This document shows positions 12,630 through 27,102 of a DNA stretch of 64,000 nt, piece after piece (positions within the stretch are counted from its first letter, which is position 1; each line of letters starts with the position of its first letter). The DNA is from Eledone cirrhosa. Its lineage: Eukaryota. The DNA lies in assembly GCA_964016885.1 (NCBI GenBank), contig OZ024740.1, positions 382,230,001-382,294,000 on the forward strand, given 5' to 3'. The notes under the pieces are model-generated. The model ran no database searches, had not been told where the DNA came from, and worked only from the letters and a program-made list of their open reading frames with translations. The position numbers were made by a program, and so were the translations under genes.

Positions 12630-14522
12630 GTGTGCGGGAAATACGAAAACCAAGTTCATTCGTCTGACGTCAGGAATAATAGCAGTAGCAGCCGTAATAA
12701 CAACAGCAACAGTGACAATGAAAACAACAGTAGCAGCCGCAACAGCATCACCAGCAGCATAAACAACAACAGCATTAGCAGCAGCAACACCAACAACAAC
12801 AACCACAGCAACAGCGGCGGAGGCAGTAGTCGTAGTACCTGCAGCAACAACACAAGTAACAGCAGCTCTGACGACAACAACAACAGCAGCAAAGAAAAAC
12901 CAATCTCATTTGCAGGTATTGCGAAAAACTTGAAAACAATCCTCATAACAAAAGAGGAATTAGAGGAAGCGAAGAAGATGGTGACAAAGACTGGGCACCG
13001 AGCAATCTGCAAGGCAGCGGAAAAATTTTTCGAAACTCAACAGCACTGTACGGTCACGTACCGTACAGCAAGTACAAAATCCCGTAGGGTGGAAAGAGCC
13101 ACAGAGGCTCAAATACAAAAAGCCTTGGGGTCTGTGTGGCAGCGGAAAACGCACATCACCCGAGGCAAAAAACATGCCACCGTAGACGTACTTTTTGCCA
13201 CACCCCAGGAGGCAAAGGCCCAATCCGTAGTGACCATAAGGAGCGAGGAAATGGTGTTGGTGCCCTCCTACTGCGGTCAAAAAATAGTGAGGGTCAAACT
13301 GACCCACGTCCCCCCCCCCCCGGGATGGCCCCTTCTTGGCTGGCCGCGTCTGTCCTCGTCGGAATCGAGGACAAAACAACTGTACTGCAAGTACAAAAAA
13401 AAGTAAGAGAAGATTGGGTCGGCACCTCCATTGAGATGCAAATCCAAACCAACCAGGAGTGCATCGAAGCAATCCCGGATGTGATAGACTTCGATAACGG
13501 CACTCAACTGCCAATAAGTGTTGAGGGAAAACGCCCGAAATGCTTTCGCTGTGGATCGAAGACTCACCTCAGGGCCTTCTGCAACGAGAAGACCCTGAGA
13601 AAGGAGAAACCCCCCCCTCCTTCCGAAACCGGCTCCACAGCTACCAGCAACAGGACAAGCGGCAACCAGGAACGATAGGTCCGTGGCACCCATACCCACG
13701 CCACGGAAATCAAAAACAGCAGCAGCAGTGGAAATATTAACAACAACAACAGCAATACCAAATGCAGCTGCAACAGAGACTCCAGTGCAAACATCACCAA
13801 CAACAACAAGTGAAAGAGTGGAGCTGGTACCCCTCCCCGACCTCACAGAATCAGACATGGAGTGTGAGGTGGGAGAGGGATGGCAAAAGATCGTAAGAAG
13901 GCACAAACGCAGAAGCAGCGCATCGTCGCCTTTGAAAAGGGAGGAAAGAAATGAGAAAAGGGTAAAGTCTACTGCAAAGAGACCCACAGCAGCAACACCA
14001 CCAACACCATCACCACCCACACTAGCACCACCATCACCACCGGCGACAACCCCACCGCCAACAACACCTTCAACACCACCACCACAAGCACCAACATCGC
14101 AAACACAACAACAAAACACACAAACCCAGCAACAACGACAAGAAAATAGCAGAACCACACCCCACCCCCAGAAAAACAAATGCACGGCAATAAATACACA
14201 CAACAAGAAACTAATGACTTACATAATTGAACACACAGACATTTCACAACACGACTACATAATACCAGCACCAATCAAAACGCCAACTAACATAAGACTG
14301 CTAAAAATAGCACAGAAACAATACACAAACATTAAAACGAAATTCCCCAACGCAGTTGGTGATTTCAGGGACCTAGGAGGAACTATCAATCGAAGAGTAT
14401 ATTCAGACATTCTCATAGAAGAGCCGAGGACCAGCCGAAGGGACGATTCAACGGTCCCTTCCCCAGACGATCAAGTGAAAAGGGATGTAAAAACCATCCC
14501 TCCTCTACGAAAAGTACGGTAA
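12630..14522 (+). pseudogene. Tx1 ORF1 (gag-like, CX2CX4HX4C knuckle), two frameshifts
   Basis: Joined frames 12630-~13320, ~13320-~13620 (KCFRCGSKTHLRAFC) and ~13620-14522 (GEGWQKIVRR). Both shifts fall in C homopolymers. The true start is uncertain. Confidence 0.75.
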
Positions 14523-14557
14523 GTGGTCTTTCCCATCTTTTCCACTCTATTTTAAAC

Positions 14558-17500
14558 ATGACCTCACTCAGAATAGGCAGCATAAATGCGCGTGGCTTGG
14601 GGTCGTCATGGAAGCAGGGTCACCTGCTCAACGACCTCAGGTCACTAAACATAGATGTAGTGGCCATCAGCGAGACCAGAATCTCCGAAGCACGGGCCTT
14701 CACACCGATCTTCGGCGGCTACGATGTGTACGCATCTCCCAGCCGTCCTGGATTGGGGGGAGGAGTTGTTGTGCTTTTTCGGAGAGGTTTGGATCTCGCC
14801 ATACGGGCCATCTTCCTTGACCCAGAGGGTAAGCTGGTGGTGCTGGACGTGACCAGCGGAGACGGGCAAGCTTTCAGGCTAGTGGCCGTCTTTGCCCCGA
14901 CAGGAGACCTTTCTTGGAACGTCCCGCTCTTTAGTGTTAGTGGGCGACTGGAACGGGATCAGGATGCACGCTGGGACTGTGTGGGTTTAGCGGATAGGGG
15001 TGGAGGGTGCAAGAGCCTCACCAACCTGATCAGGCGTTTTGAACTGTCTGAGAGGTACCGATTGGATTTCCCGAATGTGCCAATGTGGACTTGGACAAAT
15101 CGCATAGGGTCATCCAGATCATATCTAGATAGAGTATTTTGTAGGGAAATAGATAGGTCTAGCATAGGCTGTCCACAATTCAAGAGAGTCAGCTACACGA
15201 ACCACAAATTCGTGATCTGTGTGCTTGACTTAGATAGGCTTCATAGATGAGGACCCGGCTACTGGAAGCTAAACGCGTCCTTACCAGCGCGCAAGGCCTA
15301 CAGAGACCGGATCAGCGAACTAGTTAAGCGGGCGTTGACGGGGACCATCGTCAACAACAAGTGGTGGTTTGCTCTGAAAAGAGCGATTAAAATAGAATCC
15401 ATAAGGTTTAGTAAGGCTTTAGCAATAGAGAAAAATAAAGCAGAGGCAGAACTAGTTAGAAAATTAGACGAGGCGCTTAGCAAAGGCATTGCGACCGACG
15501 TGCTTGCGGCGAAATTGGCCCTTGACCAATTCTTCAATGCAAAGCACGAAGGCTGCGTTGTCAGAGCAAGGGTGCGTGCTCTCAGACACGAGGGGACGAA
15601 AGCCGTTCAATGGGCCCGAGTGGCGGAGGCGCGTCGTGGCAACAAAGCCACGATCCGGTCTTTGGTGGACCACGACGGGCGCATGCTACTCGATCCCGGG
15701 CAAATGTGTGAAGCTTTTCAGCGACACTTCGCTCAGCTGTTCGGGGGAAGCGGTGGGCCGGGTCGAGGGATGGACTTTAGTGTCTACCTCGACGGACTGC
15801 CGCGGCTCTCGGCCACTGAGGCGAAGTGTTGCGAAAAGCCGATAACAGCCGCTGAAGTAAGGGAAGCAATGACTGGCTGCACAAGGGGTAAATCGCCTGG
15901 TTTGGATGGTCTGCCCTATGAACTTTACGTACCGATGCCAGACTTTTTCGGAGGCCTCTTGGCGGACGTCTACTGCCACTGGCAACTGAACGGGAGAATT
16001 CCCAGTTCTGTGAGCCGAGGAGCGGTGGCCCTGCTGAGAAAGGATCCGAACAAGGGGGATAACATAGATAATTTTAGGCCCATAACTCTGCTAAACACAG
16101 AGTTCAAGATTTTGGCCAAGGTGCTAGCAAAGAGGTTGGCGCTTGTCGTTGGTGGTCTGGTGGGAGAGGCGCAGACGTGCGCCATTCCCGACAGATCCAC
16201 CCACGACAACCTCCACCTCATGCGATACATCGTAGAGAGGGTAGCTAAGGAACCTGGCACGGGTGGGTCCTTGATCAATTTAGATCAGTCGAAAGCTTTC
16301 GATAGAGTCGACCATCGTTACCTAGCGGCAGTCCTGAGGGCGGCTGGCTTTGGGCCCGTCTTCAGAGGCTGGATCGCTGCCATGCACAGCGACATCTGCT
16401 CTGTGGTGAGAGTGAACGGTCACCTGTCGGAACCGTTCAACATCATGCGCTCGGTCCGCCAAGGATGTCCCCTCTCGTCTCTCTTGTACGTATTGACTCT
16501 CGAGCCATTACTGCACAAACTGGAGACGTTGAGGGGAGTCCGCGCGAACTAGGATGCGGAAGATCCGTGTCAGCATATGCGGACGATGTCACCGAGGTGG
16601 TGTCGAACGCCAAACACATCGAGGCGATCGGCACTACACTAAGAGAATACGAAGCGGTGACAGGAGCAATGATCAACCAGGAAAAGTCAGTGGGCCTGCA
16701 GCTCAGCACCTGGAGAGGCAGGTCCATGCCGTCCAACAGCGTCGTCGGGCGCTGGACGGACGGACCGGTTAAATTGCTAGGGGTCTGGTTCGGTCCGGAC
16801 CTCCAGACGGACAAAAACTGGGACGAGGTGACGAGCAGGGTGGCTTCTCTCACCCAGAAATGGGCGGAGAGGAAGCTATCCCTGAAAGGTCGAGCGGAGG
16901 TGGCTAACGCGTACATCGCGTCTGTCATCTGCTACCGCCTGACCGCCGTACCTTGTCCTAAGCCTCGCCTGACTGCGCTGGGGCGTTTGCTCTTTCGCTT
17001 TTTGTGGAAGGGACGCGCTCCGATGGTCAGGAGGTCCATCTGTTGTCAACACCCACTACGTGGAGGGCTGGGCATGCCGTGGCTGATGATGCGCAGGCAC
17101 GCGCTCAGGCTACGACATCTCCACCTCTTCCTCGACGGTGATCAGGTGTGGTCGCCGTTTGCTAGACGCGTATTTCCCCAGCTCGTTTCCTTGACGGAGC
17201 TGCAGTCCTGGGTCAAGCGAAGATGAGAGGGAGCGCCTGGAGACTGGAATGTCTTCAGGCGCTCACAGCCCTCGACCAATCGGGCAATGTGATCGGTGGA
17301 AACTCCACCTCGGCGTTCTATAGACGATTAGTGGAGGGGAAGAGCGACGACGTACTTGGGGAAACTCTAGGCGTTGACGAAAACCAACTAACCAATCTCT
17401 TCGGAAGAACTTTCGGGCCAGGGCCTATGGACAACTTCCAGAAATCTCTGGCCTGGCAGTGCTACCAAGGAGCCTTGCCAGTTCGGGATAAACTCTACAG

Positions 17501-17943
17501 GCATGGAGGTGCCGTCAGCCGGGCATGTCCGAGATGCGCGCAGGGCGACGAAACCGTCCTGCACGCACTCGTCCAGTGTCCGAAAATTGCTGACTTGTGG
17601 GTTTATGTCGAACACCTGCTGTCGCGTTTAGGACGGATCTGGCTATCATCTGAGTCCATCGTGAGGATTGCCCCGCCCTCCTCCTTTAGCCGGGAAGGGC
17701 AGACAGTTTTTATCTGTCTGGTGGCCATGGCGAAAGAGATAGTATGGTGGACACGTTTGAAAAGGGCTGAAGACGAGCACTTACCTCTTCGGTGATGCTC
17801 TGATTGACTTTTTCAAATTTCATTTGAAAAGGAAAATCAGAGTAGAGAGGGAAGTGCTCTCTTCCCAGCATTTTGTTGAAAGATGGGTGAGAGAAGCAAG
17901 AATGGTCCGAGTGAATGGGCCTACTCTGAGTATATATCTGTAA
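14558..17943 (+). pseudogene. Tx1 ORF2 (APE endonuclease, reverse transcriptase, CCHC)
   Basis: SINARGL, AISET, SYLDRVF, GYWKLN, KSPGLDGLP, FRPITLLN, DQSKAFDRV, VRQGCPLS, AYADD, CPRC...ETVLH. TGA at 15248; frameshifts at ~14905, ~16545, ~17222 and ~17760. Confidence 0.92.
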
Positions 17944-18199
17944 ATTAAAGGTGGAAAACTGGGAGAGGGCACTTGCTTGGTGGTCAGGGTCATTGTGGCT
18001 TTTTACTGGGCTTTCTCCACAAATGTCCCTCCGAAGTCTCCCCCCTATTGGGGAATTTTTCATTGTTATCTTTTGTTACATCCTCTGTTTTTGTTTTTTA
18101 CACGCAGAAATACCCATTTGTACCGTCCTGTATCGTCCTGCACTGTCCTTAATGTCTACTTTATGTAAACCCTTGTGGTTAATAAAGAAATCATTATTA

Positions 18200-18291
18200 G
18201 TTAACTTTGCCTTTCATCCTTACTGGGTCGATAAAATAAAGTACCAGTAATGCACTGGGTAATTGCTGGCCTTCTGCCAAAAGTAGAAACA

Positions 18292-18293
<2 letters not shown>
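18200..18293 (+). mobile_element. SINE family 1, 3' half
   Basis: gttaactttgcctttcatcctt...gtcgataaaataaagtaccag...gtagaaacaatt. Confidence 0.85.
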
Positions 18294-18321
<28 letters not shown>

Positions 18322-18322
<1 letters not shown>

Positions 18323-20272
18323 TTTGAGTCTCAGTCATTGATGTTAGTTAACTGGAATGTTTGTTGAAATGAATATCAAGCCACTACCTGCAGCCTCAGA
18401 TATTCAGGACGTATCGGAAGGTTCTTGCTGATCCCAGCAAACATGCCTTTTGAAGTGTTCCAAAAAGCGTGAAGGGGCCAATTTTCTTTAACCATCCCTG
18501 GAAACCTTTTGAGATAGTCCCTAGTGCGCCTATGACAATCGGGATCACTTTGACTTCATGGCAGTTCCAAATCCTTTTTACCTCCCTCTTTAAGTCCTGG
18601 TATCGATTAATTTTCTCCCTCTCCTTTTCTTGCACTCTCGTGTCGAATGGGCAGGCGACATCCACAATCAGGCACGATCTTTTTCCTTTGTCCACAACCA
18701 CCAGTTTCTTGTCCGTCTGTATCATAAAATCCCACAGCACCTTTACCTGATCGTTTTCTATCACCGACTCTGGCTTATGCTCATACCACTTCTCAGAATG
18801 TGGTAAATTGTTTACTTTGCATAGGTGCCATTGGATGACCCTGCCCAACACATCATGTCTCCAGCCCTTATAGTGAGTCTGGGCTAGTTGTTTACACTCG
18901 GATACAATGTGAGCCACAGTCTCCTCTCTCTCTCCACAGATCCTGCACAGTGGGCTAGCCTCCTCCATGTAAATGTGGTGTTTCAACCACTTCATTTTGA
19001 GGGCCTGCTCCTGCGCAGCCATTAACATTCCTTCTGTAGCCTTTTTAAGGTCTCCTCTTTTCAACCAGTTCCATGTCTGTGGACCTCTAAATTCAGTTTT
19101 CTAAAAGAAAGGGATTTTTCCTGAAGGCTGCTCTTTCTCCTTGATGTTATTTCCTCCTTGGACATCCCTTGGTCTATTGTCCCCTCTTTTAGTACTGTTA
19201 TGAGCATTGGCTCCTTACTATCAGTCACGTATTTGTGTAGGTTGTTTTTCTCCATCTGAACACAGTCCTCTATGCTGATAAGACCTCTTCCACCTTCAGA
19301 TCTCCTTAAGTAGAGTCTATCGACATCATTCCTCTTGTGGAACATGTTGTAGATAGTCAATAGCTTCCTAGTCTTCCTATCCATTTCTTTTTGTTCAGCA
19401 ACATTCCATCTCAGAATTCATTCCCGCACTGTACCTAATAATAGACACAGCTCGGGAATTTACTGCACTTATGGCATTCCTACTGTTGAGATGTGACTTT
19501 AATATGCTCCTTACTCTCCGAATGTATTCAGTTCTTATCAATTCCTTCATTTTTTTGTTCTTGATGTCATCATCCTCCAGAACACCCAAATACTTGTATC
19601 CTTCTTCAGAGTCAATTTCCTTTATGATCTCACCTGTTGGTACTTGGATTCCGTTACTTCTGCTCAATTTACCTCCCTTCATCACAATGACTCCACATTT
19701 ACTAATACCAAATTGCATACATATATCGTTGCTGAAAATACGGACAGTGTCAACAAGCACATCCAACTCCTTCTCGCTCTTCCCGAATAGCTTAGGATCG
19801 TCCATGAAGAGGAGGTGATTGATGGTAAGCCCTCCATTTCCCAACCTGTATCCTGCTCTCACTTTTCGCAGTACACTGGTCAGGGGCATCAGGGCAAGGA
19901 CAAACAACAGAGGGGACAGGCTATGTCCCTGGAAGATACCTCTCTTGATCTGCACGCTTCACAAGGATTCTCCAGTTGATGTTAACTCTGTTTCCCAGGA
20001 CTTCATACTTTTGTCCAACAACTGTCTGATGTTATCTGCCACCTTGAAGATCTCCAGGATTTTGGTGATCCAAGAATGAGGCACCATGTCAAATGCCTTT
20101 TTGTAGTCTATCCATCCCATGGCAAGACCAGTGTGTCTCCTCTTGCAATTCCTCATTACCATCTTATCAATAAGTAACTGGTCCTTTGTACCACGTGACT
20201 TCTTTCGGCATCCTTTCTGTTCGTCCGGTAACACGTTGTTTGTGTGGAGGTGATGGTAGATTTCCTCAGACA
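18322..20272 (-). mobile_element. Second Dong/R4-clade LINE fragment (RT plus RLE), frameshifted
   Basis: [91 protein letters not shown]; the 3' end abuts (TAA)n. Confidence 0.9.
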
Positions 20273-20273
20273 T

Positions 20274-20390
20274 AATTGTTTCTACTTTAGGCACAAGGCC
20301 AGCAATTACCCAGTGCATTACTGGTACTTTATTTTATCGAACCCGTAAGGATGAAAGGCAAAGTCAACCTCGGCGGGATTTGAACTCAGA
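20274..20390 (-). mobile_element. SINE family 1 (5'-truncated)
   Basis: aattgtttctactttaggcacaaggccagc...ggatttgaactcaga. Confidence 0.85.
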
Positions 20391-20569
20391 CATAATGCTT
20401 ATCAACAGTTTCCACATTACGGACATACATGTGATAGGTCTATAGTTGGTAACATCATTACCCTTGATTCGGTCTTTCATTATCAGAACTGTGGTACTTC
20501 ACCTGACACCAAGCAGTCATTGAACAGGGTTGTCAGTTTCGGGTGGAGGGATGTTATATTTTTAATCCA

Positions 20570-20582
20570 ATTATTATTATTA

Positions 20583-20663
<81 letters not shown>

Positions 20664-20666
20664 ATA

Positions 20667-20699
<33 letters not shown>

Positions 20700-20700
20700 T

Positions 20701-20753
<53 letters not shown>
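20570..20753. repeat. Compound (ATT)n-(AGT)n microsatellite
   Basis: Direct reading. Confidence 0.95.
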
Positions 20754-21422
20754 ATGGCAATTATCCGATGGTTATATTCTTCCGTTCAAATATAAAATAT
20801 CGATTTCGGCCCGGGGTTTAAACATAAATTACTCCTGAAGGTATTTATCTATTAAACAATAAATGCAGCCCACAGGCATGTATATAATATTTATACACGA
20901 ATATATTCCGATATAAATTCATAGCAGCAAAATGGCTAACTAACAAGTTAAAGAAATAAACGAATAAATATATCGATCAAACAAGAAACATGAGAAAATA
21001 AGTTAAGTAACAACGAAATAGTTTTAAAAACAAATGAAAGTAAATATTGAATGCCGGTACCAAAGAAAATAATAAGATCAGTAACCCATATTTTTGAAAA
21101 ATTAACAAAATTTTCCAGAAGCTCATTCGGTGGATATTATTTTCAAAACCGTTACCATTTCATTATGATTTAATAACAACTAGATAAATTTGAAAAAAAT
21201 CAATAAATGAAAAACATACACATCATCTACTTAATATTCTACAGAAACTCATAAATCAATGATGAGCTTTTTTCATACAGAGAAAGAATTCGTGTTTAGA
21301 TTTTTTTTTAGTATATAGCTTGTTCTTATATATTTAATAATGATGAATAGTTTTTTCCTCCTTATTATTAATAAGGATTTATGATAAATCTTGCCTGACA
21401 GTTTTATTGATTTGAAATAAGC

Positions 21423-21498
<76 letters not shown>

Positions 21499-22124
21499 CG
21501 ACTGACTTATGAATAGATGTTGTCGTGAGCTCCTAATGGTTTGTTCATTTTGAGGATGCTTGGACTGTGATTTTTGGAAATATATTTATTTTCTAAATGC
21601 GAATAGGGCACCAAATATTGCCCTCTGAAGAGGACTCCATAATATTTGTTCCTTTCGCTCAAATATTTGAATTTTATTTTTGCTTCTTTTTGCGTTCAAA
21701 AACGGACGAGGTAGGCCCTCCACGTCCAGCGTCACCACCTCCACTATCACTACACACAGTAGGACTACTGTCGCTAGCAAATGCATTAACAGTAGCAGCA
21801 GCAGCAATGGTAGCGACAAAAAAGCACCAGCAGCTATAACGACAACAATAAGATAAAACAAAAAAAACACAACCACAGCAATAACAGCTACAACGGATAC
21901 GGCACCAACAAAACCAACAACGAAAATAATTACAAGAACAAAGCAACAAAAAAATATTACTACAAGAACAACGTCGACGACAACAACAGCAGCAACAACA
22001 ACGGCAACGACATCAACAACAAGGACAGAAACTACTGCAACAAAACCACATTCGCAGCAACTGCTGAGAAAGCCACTAAAGTATTCTTTGTGGGCATCAA
22101 AAAAAAAAAAAAAGAAAAGACTAC

Positions 22125-22585
22125 CTCTTAACCAGTCTGGCAATGCCGTTAGTGGATATTCTACTCTAGTATTCTATATAGGTTTAGTGGTGATCAAGTG
22201 CAACGACGTTCTCGGAGAGGCTCTGGGCGTTGACGAAATCGAACTGACCTGTCTGATAAGGAAAAGTTTTGAGCCGGAGACTATGGACAATGTCCAGAAA
22301 TCCCTGGCTTGACAGTGCTACGGAAGAGAGGTTCCTATAGGCTCCAGATAACCTCTAGAAGCACAGAAAAACGCTCAGCCAATCCTGTCCGTGATGAACA
22401 CAGACTGACGAAGCCGTTGTGCACCCAGTCGTTCAGTGTTCGTGCATTACTGACATGTGATGATTTTTCGAACCGATATTATCATGTGTGGAACGGATAC
22501 GGTTATAGACCAATTCAATCGTGAAAATCGCCTCACCGCCATTATTTGGGAGGAAAAGCAGGGAGTTTTCCTCTGCCTGCTAAGG
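22125..22585 (+). mobile_element. Old degenerate Tx1 ORF2 3' fragment
   Basis: Homologous to ~11230-11690 (DVLGEALGVDEIELT...MDNVQKSLA). Confidence 0.8.
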
Positions 22586-22589
22586 GAAG

Positions 22590-22790
22590 GATGAGAGGAA
22601 GTCCTTCAGTAGCGGTGCTTTGAACGACGCGCGACCAACCGAGCCCACGGCTGTTGTCGAACAGTTTTCTTCGTGGTCTACATCTGGGTCTCCTACTGTT
22701 TGGCTTTGTTCCTAAAATCTGTCCAAGGATTCTTTCTTTAGACATTCTTACCACATGTCCGTAATATCACATAATATCAGAGCTTTATTC
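22590..22790 (-). mobile_element. RTE-type LINE C-terminal fragment
   Basis: GHVVRMSKERILGQILGTKPNSRRPRCRPRRK resembles the GHxxRM...RxxGRPxxRW region of RTE LINEs. Confidence 0.6.
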
Positions 22791-23057
22791 TCCTGGTTCG
22801 GAGATGCAGCAGTTCTACCGCTTGGGGTCCAGCCAGATTAAGGAGAGACTGTTTCTTCTGATAGGAACCTCTATAACGCGTGTCTCAGTACTCTTCCTCC
22901 AAAACCCTCACAGGAACAAGTGACCAAAGAAGAAGTAGAAAAACAAAAACTGAATGAGGTGGAGAAAACATTTATGTGTTTGATATATGGCTGCCTGGAT
23001 GAACCTATTTTAGTAGTAGTAGTAGATGGTGCTGGTGGTGTTGGTGTTGGTGTTGGT

Positions 23058-23077
23058 ATGTGTGTGTGTGTGTGTGC

Positions 23078-23120
<43 letters not shown>

Positions 23121-23127
23121 TGGGTGG

Positions 23128-23188
<61 letters not shown>
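23058..23188. repeat. (GT)n microsatellite
   Basis: Direct reading. Confidence 0.95.
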
Positions 23189-23189
<1 letters not shown>

Positions 23190-26100
23190 TACATATGTAA
23201 TTTTGATGTCCAAAACATTGAGATTTCTACGATGGCTTAAAAGGAATTTATTCCTGTCATTCCAACATGCAATATCTCGCAGAAATTTGATTCAATGCTA
23301 TTCGACCTGAAATTCCAATATTTCAGTATCTCTGTCTTTTCGTGCTTATTGTTGATAATATACTTTTGTAAAAGGAAATTTTGTCTCGTACAACACTGCA
23401 TAGAATTAGCGCGACGCTAAAGATAATATCACGGGATGTAAGTGAAAATAAAATTATACAACAGCTAATGTAAAACGAATCATCGACTCCAGATTACTAA
23501 AGAATTATCTGTATTCAATATTGCTCACACTCAACGCTTTACATATAGATTCATTCTGACAAGACACACGTTTCCATATTCTTGACGTGAAGGCAATGGA
23601 ATGCCCCTACTGAAAGCATTAGTAGTCTAGTTAAAAGGAAATTTCTTTTGCTAGAAATCGAAAATGTCTTGCCTAATGCACATCTAGATCAATGGGCCAC
23701 TCCTATTGTTATTGGAAGAAGTATTTACTGTTTAATCTCAGCTTTGATGTTATAGTTTTCATTTTTGTCACGATTACTGTTTCTGGATTTACATTACCCA
23801 AGGTATTCTTACTATCTTTTTAACAATTTAGTAGATCTGTCGTTGGCTCAGATTCTATTCACGTTAAACAGTTAGGTAAATATTATTATTTATATTATAG
23901 ATGTTGTAGACTACTAACATTGTTTTCATTATTTATAACTAAATACTTTATTTATCAGCTTGATCTCGGATATTCAACAGTAGCTGATTTATTCCATTAT
24001 GAAGGCATTGTACTGAACTGAAGCTGAACAAGTAAATTTATTACTAACTAAAAAGTAAAGACGTTCTTATCTGTTCTGCAACAATGTTTGTCGTCGATTC
24101 TATATATTTAAATTTATGATGGCATGTATTTGATTTTGACTTTTACATTGTACAAATTTTGGACGCTTGGTTAATACTCAGCTCTATAAATATACATTGG
24201 GTTGTAGCTCATTATAGCGTTTAAGATACTGTTTTCTATTTAAGACATTATAACTGGAGTGCTGCATATTGTATTATCGTGTTAGCTTAATGTATGCTTC
24301 TAGAATTGAGGATATAGATTCTCGAGATGTACTCATATCTTAAAATTCAAAAATATGAAATAAGATCACGATTAGAACAAAAGAAAGAGCAGAAGACATT
24401 TGAAATTCTTGCTGAACTGATGGTTTTGATTTGGTTGATGCTGAACAAATTGTAATTAGCCTCCACTGTCAGAGAAAGTCAGTTAAATACGGATTTTTTT
24501 TTACGGATTTGTTTTTGATATTTATAAAAATGTTTAAACAAAACAAATACAAACATGATCAAACCTGTAATGATTATTGTTTGTCTGTTCTCTAGATGCC
24601 AAAAGCAGATTCCCGACTTTGCCCCTAAAATGTCACAAAACGAACGGATCATGCATTGAATTTGGGACTGAAAAGAATTGCTGATCTTAAACATGATTAG
24701 ATCGGTATCAGTGTTACACTATCTGCACATCGATGAGTTGCTCAGGTACACAACTTCATATGAGATACAGAGTTACATTTATAATCCCTCTAACAGCGTA
24801 ACGAACTAAATATAGTATTTGGAGTTTAAATCAACTGGCGTATTAAGTAAATAGAGAGCTTATATATCTGTTTTGGCTTTCACTCTCTCATTATACGCAT
24901 GAATAAATGGGATTGTATAAGAGTCATATCTTTCTGAAAATTATAAACGACGCAATTTCATTAAACCGAAAATGTACAGAGTAGTCAAAACACCTATCGT
25001 TAACTTATTTCCTTTAACTAATAGATATTTTACAAATCAGTACATTATAATGCATATAATGTGAGACCATATTGTTTGTTATTTATTACAATTGCACTCA
25101 ACCAAAAAAGTCTATCTTCATTCTCCAATAGGAACATTAAGCCATTCATCTTTTATCGAGCTGGTTAAATAAACAACTACATTAGACTGGTGTAGAAAGT
25201 TCCTCATTGCAAACAAATTGCATTTATAGAAAATGAATACTTCTGTTTTGTTGTTCTTTATCAGATATATTTGTGAACAATTCAGCTTAGATAATGTAAC
25301 TAAAGATTAAACGGATATATTGTCGATAATGTAGATATATGAAAGTGGCGTATGCGGATAATGTGATGTACATATGATAGTAAAAGGTATTAACCCAGGG
25401 AGTAATATATTAACTGAATCAAGTATTCTAGAAGTTAATCATTGACTTCGTTCACTGAACTTTAATGATACAATTGTGTCATAAAAAAGTATTGCCCACA
25501 ATACGATTGATATGAAAAAGAAGAAACAGAAAGAAAACATCAATCATAAAAAAATATTAAAAAGAAAACAGAAAAGGAGAAAGAATTAAAGGAAAATAAA
25601 TGCAAAAATGGAAAAGAGGAAAAGGAAGATGTTGAAAGAGAAGACGAAAAAAGAATATGAACGGTTAGAAGTGGTAAAGTAAACAACAGTAGGAGATAAT
25701 ATTTAATGGGAGGCTGTTTAGTACATTTTGTCACAATTTGTTTTCTGTTTTAGCAATCTTGTAAGCTTTCGCCACCTGTAGTCGAGATTTTACAGCTCTC
25801 TCTCTCTCTCTCTCATAGTAGGGTATATAATTATATAATTATAATACCATGTTTGTATGGAACACACATGCGTTGCAGCCTTATAGATAGATGCGAAATT
25901 CTCATGAACTGCTTATCACCACATCTGAAATACAAATAAAACGTGAAACAGAACAAAAACATTTTGTATAAGAGAATCCCTTTTGAATCGCAAGCGATAA
26001 ATTCGTCTGAGTATACTACAAGGTGTAGGGAAATGATAAAATAACAGTTACGAAGAAGGATCGGGTGTATAAACAGAAGTAACCAATTAAAAGAGTAAAA

Positions 26101-26335
26101 TTCTCTGTAAAAGAAGATTTCAAAGTATAGTGTATTCTCGCAGTTTAAAAGACAACCTTTGATCGAAGTTAAAACAAGACAACACTATCAGAATCATCAT
26201 CACAACCAAATACGCTACCATCATTACTAATAGGAGAAACAGTATTCACAATTATGTTCGTGTACCCTTCCAACTAACACAAAGACGAATAAGATTAAAC
26301 CAATTTCCGGCAAATAAAAATACACACACGCATAG

Positions 26336-26400
<65 letters not shown>

Positions 26401-26477
26401 AACATATATATATATATACACATATATATATATATACACACACACACATATATATATATATACACACACATATTTGC

Positions 26478-26528
<51 letters not shown>

Positions 26529-27102
26529 TACATACACAGAAAAAATACGTCTTTGAGAAATAGCCATTATTTTTATTACAGAGTTATTTTCTTTTACAAC
26601 TTATATAATTAATGATAAAAAAAATTTTTTTAAATTTATTATTTTAATATTTTATCTTTAATATGTTTAGCGTCCTTAAAATATAACTGTAACAATGCCA
26701 AGAGGATTGATTGACGATAAATATAAAAATATATATCACTCTTTTGTTTTTGTCGAAAAAATTGCAAGTTGATTGATTGGCTCTTAGCAATTACTGGTAC
26801 TCATATTGAACTCATAAGTGATATAACCCATAGGAAAACCCTGTATTAAATGTGATACTTTAATATTTTCCTGAAAGTTCTCTTCCCATTACTACGTTAT
26901 TATCTCCCTCAGTGAATGCAAGACATAGTAGCTAGGTCTTCCTCAAATTACTCTACTATGAAACGAAAAGACAGTTGATATTGTGTTTTGAAATTTAACC
27001 ACATCTTAATCGCGTTCGATAGTAGACTTTCTTGTGCAAAATTGACCAGGCGCGAAACATCATCGTCCTCGACGATAAAATGGCTGTATTGAAATTACTA
27101 AT

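Larger units (their letters stand above)
12199..18198 (+). mobile_element. Near full-length L1/Tx1-clade LINE, disrupted
   Basis: ORF1 with gag knuckle followed by ORF2 (APE, RT, CCHC) and a 3' UTR ending aataaagaaatcattatt. Confidence 0.92.

Noticed and set aside
13277-14206. 309-aa minus-strand ORF
   Set aside because: Antisense to low-complexity Tx1 ORF1; no motifs.
18200-20390. Inverted SINE pair around the R4 fragment as TIRs of a composite transposon
   Set aside because: The SINE is abundant across the window and no shared TSD flanks the pair.
23570-23725. QWATPIVI, Gypsy RT-like peptide
   Set aside because: Too short and degenerate; no flanking pol motifs or LTRs seen.
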